A DNA stretch of 59,716 nt from a virus (IMGVR_UViG_3300046804_002051:1-59716); one strand, 5' to 3'. Shown: positions 10,780 to 19,982, numbered from the stretch's first letter. Notes: generated by a model from the sequence alone, not told the origin. Made by a program: numbers and translations.

Positions 10780-11125
10780 CTTTAAATGTTTTACGTTTTA
10801 ATAATTCTTCTTCTGCTTTAGAATGAATTTGGTTTAAAAGTTCTAGTTTCTCTTCTACACTTTTTTTATTATGATAAGCACCAAAAGTTGAAGTATCGTG
10901 ATTATCTAAAACTTTTTCATAATGAGGTATTGCTTTTTTTACTTTCTGTATTTTAATTACAAAGTGACCAAGACCATCTACATTTATTCTTAAATCACTT
11001 AAGCTACTCATTTTTTTTCTTAATGTTTTATAGTAGTTTTCTATTAAACTTTCTACTAAATCTTCAGAGACATCAAACTCTTCTGTTATTTCTTTGTATA
11101 AACTATTTGCTTTCTTCGGTATCAT
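10715..11125 (-). CDS. HU/IHF-like DNA-binding protein
   Basis: two N-terminal helices followed by RINVDGLGHFVIK, resembling the HU I.GFG.F motif. Confidence 0.55.
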   Translation of the reverse strand: MIPKKANSLYKEITEEFDVSEDLVESLIENYYKTLRKKMSSLSDLRINVDGLGHFVIKIQKVKKAIPHYEKVLDNHDTSTFGAYHNKKSVEEKLELLNQIHSKAEEELLKRKTFKDEKYSQINLAKPETDSGGDNQ

Positions 11126-11483
11126 GTCCTAAAAATTTATAGTCCAATAATATAGAACCTTCTGTTTGAACTTTTAAATTTGGATTAAGCATGATTAGTT
11201 TTTTATTACTTGAATCCTTAATTACAAGTCCACTTTTCTCAGCTTTATTTATACTGTTTCTAACAGTTTGTGGAGATTTGAATATCCAATCTTCTTCTGA
11301 AGATGCATCAAGACAAAAATTACTTAGCTCAATTGGTTGATTAAAACTCAATAATGTAAGACAGTCAAGATCAGATTCACTCATTGTTATACGGTTAATA
11401 TAACAATGAGTTAAAATCTGAAATTTTACAATATCCCATTTGGGCATTCTAACTTTTTTCTGTACTTGATTAACAAGTGCCAT
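11103..11483 (-). CDS. winged-helix DNA-binding protein (RepL/MarR-like)
   Basis: SPQTVRNSINKAEKSGLVIK ... IMLNPN recognition helix plus wing. Confidence 0.6.
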   Translation of the reverse strand: MALVNQVQKKVRMPKWDIVKFQILTHCYINRITMSESDLDCLTLLSFNQPIELSNFCLDASSEEDWIFKSPQTVRNSINKAEKSGLVIKDSSNKKLIMLNPNLKVQTEGSILLDYKFLGHDTEESK

Positions 11484-11812
11484 TAACCTCTTTTTAATTT
11501 TTTACCTGTAGCAGGTGCTGATGCTTCAGGTTTTTGTACAGGTCTTGGTGGTACTACTGAATCTTGTCTAAGATCTTCTCTTTCATCTTCATCATCTAGA
11601 TCAGGACCTTGAGCAGCAGCCATCATACCAGCATAATTTAACTGCATAGTTGCTCTTTTATATCTTGCTTCTTCAATCTCAGTTAATAATTTTTCATACT
11701 TAGATTGTGCTTCAAGATATGGAAGAGATTTTTCATAAAATTGTTTCATTTCATCTCTTCTTGCATCTAATTCTTCAGGAGTTAGTTGCTCCTCATTTTG
11801 TTGGTTTTTCAT
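11483..11812 (-). CDS. hypothetical coiled-coil protein
   Basis: 109-aa ORF, first gene behind the promoter at 11836. Confidence 0.7.
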   Translation of the reverse strand: MKNQQNEEQLTPEELDARRDEMKQFYEKSLPYLEAQSKYEKLLTEIEEARYKRATMQLNYAGMMAAAQGPDLDDEDEREDLRQDSVVPPRPVQKPEASAPATGKKLKRG

Positions 11813-11835
11813 AATATTATTTATTAAAATTTAAA

Positions 11836-11843
11836 CAAATATA
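11836..11843 (-). promoter_or_regulatory. Bacteroidota sigma-70 -7 element (TATATTTG)
   Basis: matches TAnnTTTG; lies between a terminator and the start at 11812. Confidence 0.65.
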
Positions 11844-11874
11844 CAAGAAAAGTTTAAACTAGAAATATTTAAAC

Positions 11875-11908
11875 AAAAAAAATCCAGGCATAGAAAGTAC
11901 CTGGATTA
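11875..11908 (-). terminator. intrinsic terminator after the lysis cassette
   Basis: ATCCAGG/CCTGGAT stem followed by a long T run on the minus strand. Confidence 0.8.
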
Positions 11909-11925
11909 TAGTAGTTAGGATGTAT

Positions 11926-12084
11926 TTATCTATTTTTAATTGTAAAATTTAAAATAGTAAGTAGGTAAAATTCTCTTGATAAATCTAATTCTAGTGAAAA
12001 TAAGTCTAAACTAGATATTCTCAATCTTATCATCAACTTATCCCACTGCTTTCTTGAACTATTCCAGTTGTTTCTTAGTTTCAT
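11926..12084 (-). CDS. small 52-aa protein after the endolysin (MKLRNNWNSSRKQWDKLMIRLRISSLDLFSLELDLSREFYLLTILNFTIKNR)
   Basis: translated by hand; starts 1 nt after the endolysin stop and ends before the terminator. Confidence 0.65.
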   Translation of the reverse strand: MKLRNNWNSSRKQWDKLMIRLRISSLDLFSLELDLSREFYLLTILNFTIKNR

Positions 12085-12085
12085 A

Positions 12086-12964
12086 CTACAAACTTAATAA
12101 CATATCAATTAAATCTGGATGAGGATACATATCTACTTTACCTCTAATTACATTAGTATGTGTATATAATCCTGGAGTTTTATTAGCTTTATCAAGATCT
12201 AATATATCAAATCCATCGGCTCCTTTAGCTTTTACCCATTCTACTAAACCTACTCTAGGATCAATATTATATTTTTCAGCTATAAATAGTATCCAGTTTT
12301 TAAGATTAGTTAACTGTGCTTCTGAATAATTATGCCAAAATTGAAATCCACGGAAAGGTTTAGCTAACTTAATTATTTGAGCTGGATCAGCCGGAGTATT
12401 TACATAAGTCTTACCATTAACTATCTGACCCATACAACATACTTCAATAGCTACAGAATTTCTATGCATAACAGAATTACCTGTACCTGTATGCCAACCA
12501 TATCCTCCTTCTGGAAAACATTGAATTAGTTCTCCATCATATTGTTTAGATTTATTATCTACAGACTGTCCTCCTAAAATATATTCTGTAGCTACATTAC
12601 CTCTGTCATCTCTTGCCCACATATCTGCAACTTGATAAGGATTTGGTCCTCCTGCAGTATGATGTAAAAATATCCATTGCTTTTTTACAGGACCAGGAAA
12701 ATATGTTCCTACTGGCATATAATGTTTCTTTATTTCCAGTGCTCTAGATACTTCTAAATTCTCAGCATTATCTGTATTTAGAATACCCATATGTGCCCAA
12801 GTTTTTGGTCCCACTATACCATCTGCTACTAAACCATTTTTCTTTTGATATGCCTTAACTGCAGATTCTGTTTTAGGACCAAAGTCTCCATCTATAGTAA
12901 TTTTTAAAAATTCTTGCAAAGTTTTTACTGATTCTCCTTTGCTACCTTTTTTTAGTACTATCAT
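12086..12964 (-). CDS. endolysin: peptidoglycan-binding domain plus N-acetylmuramoyl-L-alanine amidase (Amidase_2)
   Basis: LKKGSKG ... DGDFGPKT ... DGIVGPKTW PG-binding domain; LHHTAG, WH, SVAIE, THT ... KVD amidase motifs. Confidence 0.9.
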   Translation of the reverse strand: MIVLKKGSKGESVKTLQEFLKITIDGDFGPKTESAVKAYQKKNGLVADGIVGPKTWAHMGILNTDNAENLEVSRALEIKKHYMPVGTYFPGPVKKQWIFLHHTAGGPNPYQVADMWARDDRGNVATEYILGGQSVDNKSKQYDGELIQCFPEGGYGWHTGTGNSVMHRNSVAIEVCCMGQIVNGKTYVNTPADPAQIIKLAKPFRGFQFWHNYSEAQLTNLKNWILFIAEKYNIDPRVGLVEWVKAKGADGFDILDLDKANKTPGLYTHTNVIRGKVDMYPHPDLIDMLLSL

Positions 12965-13263
12965 TTTTTATTAAATTTTTTAGTATAAAACTTTGCAAGC
13001 CATGTTCCAACTCTTTTAAGTGCTGAAGTTTTTGCATCAACAGTAACTTCAGTTCCTTCTTCTGTTTTTGTAACATGTACATCTAGTTTTTCACTGTCAA
13101 GTACAAACTCTTTTTTCTCTTCATCCTTATTGAGTTCTACATCAACTTTAGGTGTGTCAACTTTTACATTAACTTTTTTGCCTTCTTTCTTTGCTTTGAC
13201 TTTTACTTTTTTAGTCTTTACTTCTACTTCAAAGTCTTCTACTTTTTTAGTTTTCTTTGCCAT
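12961..13263 (-). CDS. Lys/Val-rich hypothetical protein in the lysis cassette
   Basis: 100-aa ORF overlapping both neighbours. Confidence 0.65.
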   Translation of the reverse strand: MAKKTKKVEDFEVEVKTKKVKVKAKKEGKKVNVKVDTPKVDVELNKDEEKKEFVLDSEKLDVHVTKTEEGTEVTVDAKTSALKRVGTWLAKFYTKKFNKK

Positions 13264-13507
13264 TATTTTGTTTTTTAGTTATTACTTCGTCAAGATCCTT
13301 GTAATCTTCTACTGTTAATTGGGATAAAGTAGCTGCTACTGTTCCTGCAGTTACTAAATAACCAGCTACTGTAACTACTGCTGCTGGTAATGTTATTGGA
13401 GCTGCTATTACTACCCCTGCTGCTGCACCTACTGCAATAGCTACTTTCTGTACTTTTTTCCAGAACTTTGGAGTTGGAGTCTTCCATCTTTTCTTTAAAT
13501 TATTCAT
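13247..13507 (-). CDS. putative holin
   Basis: basic N-terminus (TPKFWKKV) followed by two Ala/Val-rich hydrophobic helices; upstream of endolysin. Confidence 0.65.
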   Translation of the reverse strand: MNNLKKRWKTPTPKFWKKVQKVAIAVGAAAGVVIAAPITLPAAVVTVAGYLVTAGTVAATLSQLTVEDYKDLDEVITKKQNNGKEN

Positions 13508-13775
13508 GTCTATTATTTATTATAAATAGTTTTACTGCATCTGATAATTCACTTACATTCTTTGCTAAGTTTTTAATCTCAAGCTGTGTAAGTTCTTGTA
13601 GTGCTTGATATTTAATTTGATTCTCTTGTTGTACTAGTTCTATTTTACCTTTTAATTTTCCTTGTTCTTCTGTGTTTTTTCTAACATCAGAGTGAATCAT
13701 TTTTAAAAAGTATCCAAATATAGCAAAAACTAAACTTGCAATAAAAATTATAAGAGTCATTATCCAACTTTCCAT
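13500..13775 (-). CDS. membrane-anchored coiled-coil protein (holin/antiholin-like)
   Basis: one N-terminal TM helix plus coiled coil; first gene of the lysis cassette. Confidence 0.55.
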   Translation of the reverse strand: MESWIMTLIIFIASLVFAIFGYFLKMIHSDVRKNTEEQGKLKGKIELVQQENQIKYQALQELTQLEIKNLAKNVSELSDAVKLFIINNRHE

Positions 13776-13800
13776 TTTTTTTAAAATTATAAATATATAT

Positions 13801-13816
13801 TATAATATACAAAAAA
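13801..13816 (-). promoter_or_regulatory. putative late promoter TTTTTTGTATATTATA (lysis operon)
   Basis: 16-bp exact repeat of 19901-19916; both lie about 25 nt upstream of an operon start. Confidence 0.6.
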
Positions 13817-13855
13817 TAAATGAAACTACAATAGGATACTATGTATTTTTACGTA

Positions 13856-15271
13856 TTAAACTAAGTCTCCTTCAAGCAACCAAGAATTGGTTCCTATTTT
13901 AGTTAAAGTTACAACTCCATAAGGACTATCAATTCCATTTAAACTACTTCTTGAATTAAGTATTACTCCTGAACTTGGTATTACATAAACAACAGTTGAA
14001 CCAATATTTGTAATTTTAAAAACTGAACCAATAGCAATTGGTGATGTAAAATTTGTAGGTAGTACTATATCACCCGAAATATTTACATCTTGTACTATTA
14101 AAAAATTTCTAAGTGTTTCATTTAAAGTTAAACCTGTATCAGTTCCATTATTATAAATTTGGATTTGACCAGTAGCTTCAAAACTAAGATCAATTTGATT
14201 GCTTATTGTATTATTAATACTAGTTACAATAAGTCCGTTACCACTATTAAAATTAAGTTTAGATGTTGAACCTACAGGAATAGTATTATCTAATATATCT
14301 ATAGTAGCTGTATTTATTTGAGGGCCAAATCCTGATTGAAACTTAATATCATCAAGAGCATATCTATCAAATCCTGGAGCAAATGTATTGGCTGTAGCAC
14401 CAGTCATTAAAAATCTTACACTTGTAATTGTTGTAATCCCAAGATTTCCAAAGGCATTTGTAGGAATTGAAACTAACTGCCAGTTATTAATACTGTTCAT
14501 ACCCAATCCCCAGTTTGTTGCATTAACAGCTCCAATAAGTGTTGTATTATTATAAAGAGCTACAAGTATATTTCTAGCAGGTAGTGCTACAGGTAAATAA
14601 ACTCTAAATGTTAAAAATGTAAATGTACTTCTAGAAATACTTCCTGATGGTTTAGTATATCTTACAAACTTAAGATTATAACTATTAGGATAGGATGGAG
14701 CTGTAACTAATGTAGATTCTAAACCTTGAAAAGGTGGAAATGTAGTGCTTGTAAAAACAGCAGATAAAGAAGGTACAGCTCCTGCAGTAAATTGCTGTAG
14801 CCAATCTGGACTTGAGCCTTCTCTGTAGACAAATTCATTTGTAATGGTTGGAGTTGTTGCACCGGCACCTACTAATACATATTGAACTAGTACATAGTTT
14901 TCATCTATAGCTGGTGTAAGTGGATTTACTGCTGGGGTTCCTAAAATTACTGAAACTACTCCAGCCTCATTTACTACAATAGCATCAAATCTATTATTAC
15001 TAGGATCACCTGAAGATAAAGTTATATTTTGAGCAAGTGCTGAAAATTCTACTCCTGCAATTTGATATACAAGAGCTGATACATTAAATACCATTCCTGT
15101 TCCTGACCAAGAAGCTCCTCCAGATATTAATAAGTTGGCATTGCCAGGATTATTAATATTTGCAAGATCCAACATAGTTGCAAATGCATTAGTTGCAGAA
15201 GGATGTGATAAACTAGTGGTTGCTGCATCATATACATCACCAGGTAAATTTCTATTTATGTTAGTTGCCAT
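13856..15271 (-). CDS. tail fibre/receptor-binding protein with a carbohydrate-binding-like beta-sandwich
   Basis: NWQLVSIP ... ITSVRF ... YALDDIKF (CBM-like) and phage fibre C-terminus ...TLTKIGTNSWLLEGDL. Confidence 0.6.
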   Translation of the reverse strand: MATNINRNLPGDVYDAATTSLSHPSATNAFATMLDLANINNPGNANLLISGGASWSGTGMVFNVSALVYQIAGVEFSALAQNITLSSGDPSNNRFDAIVVNEAGVVSVILGTPAVNPLTPAIDENYVLVQYVLVGAGATTPTITNEFVYREGSSPDWLQQFTAGAVPSLSAVFTSTTFPPFQGLESTLVTAPSYPNSYNLKFVRYTKPSGSISRSTFTFLTFRVYLPVALPARNILVALYNNTTLIGAVNATNWGLGMNSINNWQLVSIPTNAFGNLGITTITSVRFLMTGATANTFAPGFDRYALDDIKFQSGFGPQINTATIDILDNTIPVGSTSKLNFNSGNGLIVTSINNTISNQIDLSFEATGQIQIYNNGTDTGLTLNETLRNFLIVQDVNISGDIVLPTNFTSPIAIGSVFKITNIGSTVVYVIPSSGVILNSRSSLNGIDSPYGVVTLTKIGTNSWLLEGDLV

Positions 15272-15783
15272 TATTTTACTCTATTTATTGTTGCTATTAC
15301 AGAAGGAATTGATGGTAATGGTGCAACTGTTGTATTTCTAAGTAATTCTATAGAAGCTGCACTTGCTTGCCACATGATTTGAACATTACTTCCTGCATTC
15401 ATTTGAGTAAAGAAATTCCAAGCTGCCACCAACAAGTCACCATTATTTGCTAATGTGAGGGTTGTGTTACTATCCGGAACATCTACTCCATTTACTCTAA
15501 ACCAGATATAAATCTGAGTTGCTCCTCCACCTGCTGTTTTATGTAATTGAGCAGAGAAGGTAATATTATAAACTCCTGTTTGAGTTACTGTAATTTGAGT
15601 AGGTTTACCAAAAGTATCATTTACAACAGATACACCATTTGTTGCAACTGGATCTACACTATCAAATTGCATTGCTTTTTCAGTAGATACTCCTGTTGTT
15701 TGTGTAGTAGTATCAAAGAATGAACCAGTTGCTAACTGATTTAATACGGCTTGAGCATTATCAGTATGTATTGTTGTACTCAT
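15271..15783 (-). CDS. C1q/BclA-C-like trimeric beta-sandwich fibre-head protein
   Basis: ITVTQTGVYNITFSAQL ... IYIWFRVNGVDVPDS. Confidence 0.65.
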   Translation of the reverse strand: MSTTIHTDNAQAVLNQLATGSFFDTTTQTTGVSTEKAMQFDSVDPVATNGVSVVNDTFGKPTQITVTQTGVYNITFSAQLHKTAGGGATQIYIWFRVNGVDVPDSNTTLTLANNGDLLVAAWNFFTQMNAGSNVQIMWQASAASIELLRNTTVAPLPSIPSVIATINRVK

Positions 15784-15787
15784 TATT

Positions 15788-16627
15788 TTATGATATCCAA
15801 GTAATTACAAAAGTAGTTCCTGAAGCATCATATGCTAAACTACCTAATGTATTATTTAGAGCACCCCCATCAAAATTAATTGTTACACCTGCAGGTAATG
15901 ATTGACCTGCTCCTACTAATCCTGCAGAAGAACCAACATTTGCAATAGAGAAACTAAATGCATTTGCTGGTGTAGATCCTATACCTACAGCTGTTATAAC
16001 ATTTGGAGTTCTAACTGCTGCTGTAAGTTTAGTATTTACTGCAGCTAAAGTAACTTCTGTTGCTGCTCCAGTAGGAAGAGATACTGTACCTGTAATGTTG
16101 TTAATATTCCATGTACCTGATTGAGATGCTGGTACAGCTGTTTGATTTGATGCAATAACTACAGGCATTGAATTTGCCATTGTAGTCTGTCCTAATGCAT
16201 TTGGTGTTCCTGCATTAATAGATACTAGGTTAGATGTATAAGATACAATCTGTGCTAAATAACTATTTGGATTAATGTATGAAATTGGAGCTACCGGAGT
16301 ACCTGGAGTATTTGATCCTGCTAAGAAATAAACAGGAGGATCAAAAGTTCCTGTAGCCGGATTCCATATTCTTACTTCTAACCAGTTAACACCTGCATTA
16401 TCTACTACTAAGAATGCTTCAAAATCAGAACCATTCTGAATAGCTGTAAGAATTTGTAACAATAAAGGTTCAACTTGATCTGTATTATTATCAATCTCTT
16501 GAAGAATATCAGCAGCCAGTTTTAGTTGATCACAAGCACATTGTTGACCATACAACATCTTTAGTTGCCAAGGGAAATTATTACCTTGTAAACCACTATT
16601 TTTTAAATTTCCTATACTATTTGACAT
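15788..16627 (-). CDS. putative tail/fibre structural protein
   Basis: A/G/T/S/N-rich; GQTTMANSMPVVIASNQ and LPTGAATE motifs typical of phage fibres. Confidence 0.5.
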   Translation of the reverse strand: MSNSIGNLKNSGLQGNNFPWQLKMLYGQQCACDQLKLAADILQEIDNNTDQVEPLLLQILTAIQNGSDFEAFLVVDNAGVNWLEVRIWNPATGTFDPPVYFLAGSNTPGTPVAPISYINPNSYLAQIVSYTSNLVSINAGTPNALGQTTMANSMPVVIASNQTAVPASQSGTWNINNITGTVSLPTGAATEVTLAAVNTKLTAAVRTPNVITAVGIGSTPANAFSFSIANVGSSAGLVGAGQSLPAGVTINFDGGALNNTLGSLAYDASGTTFVITWIS

Positions 16628-16631
16628 AGTC

Positions 16632-16781
16632 TTATATTTTATTTGTTTCTACATCTTTAGGAGGGAATAGTACTGCAAGTGCTTGTACAATAAATGCTGC
16701 ATCTTGTAGTGTATACACTCCTTTTTTAAATCCCTGATCTAAAGCTTGATTTAAGATTTCAATTGCTTGTTCTTTTGTCAT
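16632..16781 (-). CDS. small 49-aa protein (MTKEQAIEILNQALDQGFKKGVYTLQDAAFIVQALAVLFPPKDVETNKI), possible fibre chaperone
   Basis: translated by hand; ATGA overlap with the upstream gene; fills the gap exactly. Confidence 0.7.
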   Translation of the reverse strand: MTKEQAIEILNQALDQGFKKGVYTLQDAAFIVQALAVLFPPKDVETNKI

Positions 16782-16996
16782 ACTGTGCCTAGTTCAGTTT
16801 TTTGTTTTTTAGTTAAAATGTTAGTAAACCAATCTTGTGTTAATACATATCTTACATGTTGTTGGTTAACATCTAACATTTTTGTTTCTTCTTCACTTAA
16901 TGTTTCTTTAGCTTTTAATTCATTAATTAAATTAAAACTATCATAAGTAGCTGATACCATTTTTTCTACTCTTTCTTGAGATATTTCTAGTTCCAT
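16778..16996 (-). CDS. hypothetical protein, possible fibre chaperone
   Basis: 72-aa ORF downstream of a fibre gene. Confidence 0.6.
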   Translation of the reverse strand: MELEISQERVEKMVSATYDSFNLINELKAKETLSEEETKMLDVNQQHVRYVLTQDWFTNILTKKQKTELGTV

Positions 16997-17006
16997 GTTT
17001 TAATTA

Positions 17007-18047
17007 TTAAATTACTAATAAAGGAATTTTATAGTTTGCACCATTAATTCTTACAGTCCAAGTTCTATTAGGAGTTATAGTTTCTGTAGTTATAGCACCA
17101 GCATTTGTAAATGCAGATCCTACTACAAATTGATTATTTGCTGTTGCTGTAGCTTCTCTACCTAAAAGTACACATCCACTATAATTTGAACATGCTGTTG
17201 CCCACCCTATTGCAGTATTATTATTACCAACTGAATTACCACTTAAAGCAAATTGACCAACAGCTACATTATTATATCCTATAGTATTTTGACCTAAAGC
17301 ACTATCACCAATTGCTGTATTTGAACTACCTGATGTATTATTTGATAAAACATTAGCACCAATACCTGTATTTGCAGAACCAAATGTATTAAGTGATAAT
17401 GATCCACTACCAACAGCTGTGTTAGTACTTCCACTATTAATAAGTTGTAAAGAATTATGACCTATAGCTGTATTTTCACTACTTGAATTACCTGTAAACA
17501 TTGCAGTATTTCCAATTGCCGTGTTTTTTGAGCCTGTTGTATTACTTAGTAATGCACTTGTACCAATAGCAGTATTATTATTACCTGAAGAATTTGAACG
17601 TAAAGCAGACTGACCAAATGCAGTATTACTATTACCAGATGTAGTATTCCATAGAGTTAAATATCCAAAACCAGTATTACCACTTCCTGAGGTACGGCTT
17701 TTTAAAACACCTTCTCCAAATCCAGTATTTGTAATTTCATTACCTAAACCATTATTCCAAACTGTTTTTTCAGTGAGATTATATTCAAGATGAGGAATCT
17801 GTGTTTGATAAATAGGAATGTTTAATACTCCACCAGCAAATGTAGAAGCTCCACCAGTACCTATTGTAGTAACAGATAAATTACCTAACTGATTTTCTAA
17901 GTCTTTAAATGTAATTGCAGACGGTTGATAATCAGATCTATTTGTAGTATCTCTTACACCAATTGGTATTAAATCATTAGGAGCTAATGTTTTTTTAATC
18001 TTTTTGGTTTTAAATAAACTAAAAAAGTTATTTATATTATTTAGCAT
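17007..18047 (-). CDS. tail fibre/spike with 14-aa NTAIG repeats (trimeric autotransporter head-like beta-solenoid)
   Basis: about a dozen xNTA(I/V/F)GxxALxxNxxG repeats. Confidence 0.75.
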   Translation of the reverse strand: MLNNINNFFSLFKTKKIKKTLAPNDLIPIGVRDTTNRSDYQPSAITFKDLENQLGNLSVTTIGTGGASTFAGGVLNIPIYQTQIPHLEYNLTEKTVWNNGLGNEITNTGFGEGVLKSRTSGSGNTGFGYLTLWNTTSGNSNTAFGQSALRSNSSGNNNTAIGTSALLSNTTGSKNTAIGNTAMFTGNSSSENTAIGHNSLQLINSGSTNTAVGSGSLSLNTFGSANTGIGANVLSNNTSGSSNTAIGDSALGQNTIGYNNVAVGQFALSGNSVGNNNTAIGWATACSNYSGCVLLGREATATANNQFVVGSAFTNAGAITTETITPNRTWTVRINGANYKIPLLVI

Positions 18048-18053
18048 GAGTTC

Positions 18054-18365
18054 TTATTTTTTTCGAATAAATGGTACTATCTCTACTGTAAATTCTTTTT
18101 CTTTAGTTTCAGGATTATCTACTATAATAAATGTACCTGCTGGTACTCCTGCTTTGGCAGCATCTGCTGCATAGCTCCATATACCATTTGCTAGTAAACC
18201 TTTAACTAATCTAGTTAACTCAACTGCTTTTGCTTCAGGTTTTGAATTATACTCACCTGTTAAGTATACTGCTGGAGTAATGTTTCTTACATTAAATCCT
18301 ACACTTGCTTTTTCTATTCCAGGTACTTCTGGTTTTACGTCAATTGGTTGTTTTACATCTGCCAT
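18054..18365 (-). CDS. hypothetical virion-associated protein
   Basis: 103 aa; AADAAKAGVPAG motif resembles the neighbouring gene. Confidence 0.55.
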   Translation of the reverse strand: MADVKQPIDVKPEVPGIEKASVGFNVRNITPAVYLTGEYNSKPEAKAVELTRLVKGLLANGIWSYAADAAKAGVPAGTFIIVDNPETKEKEFTVEIVPFIRKK

Positions 18366-18381
18366 GATTTCTAATTTTTAT

Positions 18382-18582
18382 TTATTTTACAATTTTTACT
18401 GTTCCATCTGGAGTACTGTATAGTTCTCCAGGTTTTAATCCTGCAGCACATGCTGCAGCATTGTCAGGGAATTCCCTTCTAATGTTTGCTAAGAGTGCAT
18501 TAAGATGCCCAAACTTAGCAGGTGCCATATCATTATCTGTCTTTAGATATGGATCTGGAGATACTGGAAAAAACTTTACCAT
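18382..18582 (-). CDS. small virion-associated protein
   Basis: FPDNAAACAAGLKPGELYSTPDGTVKIV resembles a motif of phage fibre ends. Confidence 0.55.
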   Translation of the reverse strand: MVKFFPVSPDPYLKTDNDMAPAKFGHLNALLANIRREFPDNAAACAAGLKPGELYSTPDGTVKIVK

Positions 18583-18785
18583 TATGCTTTTTGTTTAGTT
18601 GATAATTGTGCTTTTTCTTTTGCACTTTTAAAAAACTTTTCTGCTAGTATATTACTTTTTTCAAGTCTACTCTCTTGCCCTAGTGTGGCAACAGCAGTAA
18701 CTCCTTGTTGTATTAAACTTTCATATCTTTCTTGAAGTAAAGAATCTTTGAAGATTCGATTTACTTTTACTTTTACATCTGACAT
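18582..18785 (-). CDS. hypothetical protein
   Basis: 67-aa ORF translationally coupled to the next gene. Confidence 0.6.
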   Translation of the reverse strand: MSDVKVKVNRIFKDSLLQERYESLIQQGVTAVATLGQESRLEKSNILAEKFFKSAKEKAQLSTKQKA

Positions 18786-18796
18786 AAGTTCTAATT

Positions 18797-19450
18797 TTAA
18801 AGTGATGTTGTAAATTCTAAGTTGATTGACTCATCCACAAAGATATCATATTCAAATGCAACATTTCCATAAATATCTCCTGCAGCTGATGTACTACCTA
18901 CAGCAAGATACAGTTCAATAGAACCCGGTGTTGTGTTATAGTCTTCCATAATTGTACAGAATTCTGCATTTACAGTACCACCAGCTGTATCTGAAAACAT
19001 TGCTCCATCAGATAATCCAGTTTGTAACCAGTTACCTGTAACATCATCAAATGCTTCTACTGATCCAGATACTCTCCATGGAAAATCTCCATTCAAAGGT
19101 ACATTTGCCGATACAGTACCTATATACCAAAACTGAAAATTAGTACCTACTGCAATCTTACCAGATATCTTGTATGATTTAAGAGTAACTTCATTTCCAA
19201 AAAAGAAACTCTCACCAGAAATAGTATTCACAGTTTCTTTCATTGTTGGAACCAATACATAATCAAAAGGATATGCAAATAAAGTAGACTTTAAATGAGC
19301 ATCAAGAAAGTCTTCTCTTGTGATAGCACCAGTAACAAATCTGTCATCTCTCTTTTGAGTTGCTACACCAACAGCAACTAATGATTTTCTAGGTGCTGAT
19401 TTAAGAACCCTTTTTCCCTTTATCCAAGAAATAAAATTTAAAATATCCAT
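18797..19450 (-). CDS. putative fibre/decoration protein sharing its N-terminal domain with 17007..18047
   Basis: N-termini align: NFxSxxKxK ... LxxxGV ... R ... AITxxD. Confidence 0.55.
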   Translation of the reverse strand: MDILNFISWIKGKRVLKSAPRKSLVAVGVATQKRDDRFVTGAITREDFLDAHLKSTLFAYPFDYVLVPTMKETVNTISGESFFFGNEVTLKSYKISGKIAVGTNFQFWYIGTVSANVPLNGDFPWRVSGSVEAFDDVTGNWLQTGLSDGAMFSDTAGGTVNAEFCTIMEDYNTTPGSIELYLAVGSTSAAGDIYGNVAFEYDIFVDESINLEFTTSL

Positions 19451-19468
19451 GATTATTTACTTATAAGG

Positions 19469-19876
19469 TTAACAATAGTCCATTCCATAGAATGCAGTTC
19501 CATCATATAAGAAAGGAATAGCTGTAGTTCCTTCATCTACACCATGATCTGATGGTGGTGAATCTGGACCACAGTTATTAAAGTTAAGATCTCCTGAAGC
19601 AGTAATTTGATATCCACTACTTGTACTTGAGAAAGTCAAATATAACTTATCTCCAAGTCTGTTTTTTACTGAAACCACATTTAGAGTAAAGTCAACTTGA
19701 ATATCTCCTTCAAATTTTACAATTGTTTCTGGAGCTGATAAGTAAAGATTAACTGTTTCCCCTGGAGTTGTAGGTACTGGAAGAGTAATTACTTTTCTTG
19801 AACTTCTAATAAATTCAAACACGGACCTGTTAAGGTATTGCCACATGTAAATTAGTGGTGATTTATATTCTTTCAT
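19469..19876 (-). CDS. hypothetical beta-rich protein, possibly structural
   Basis: 135 aa; first gene behind the late promoter at 19901. Confidence 0.55.
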   Translation of the reverse strand: MKEYKSPLIYMWQYLNRSVFEFIRSSRKVITLPVPTTPGETVNLYLSAPETIVKFEGDIQVDFTLNVVSVKNRLGDKLYLTFSSTSSGYQITASGDLNFNNCGPDSPPSDHGVDEGTTAIPFLYDGTAFYGMDYC

Positions 19877-19900
19877 CTTTTATATTTAAGACATTAATAC

Positions 19901-19916
19901 TATAATATACAAAAAA
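19901..19916 (-). promoter_or_regulatory. putative late promoter TTTTTTGTATATTATA (fibre operon)
   Basis: exact repeat of 13801-13816. Confidence 0.6.
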
Positions 19917-19982
19917 TTTTTGAATAAAAAAAATCCCTAGAAAAAAATTTCTAAGTATCTTTTCGTTTGGAGAGTTATAGAG

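Noticed and set aside
17180-17700. Tandem repeats as a DGR target or CRISPR-like array
   Set aside because: Degenerate 14-aa coding repeats of a beta-solenoid; no reverse transcriptase or template repeat in the window.
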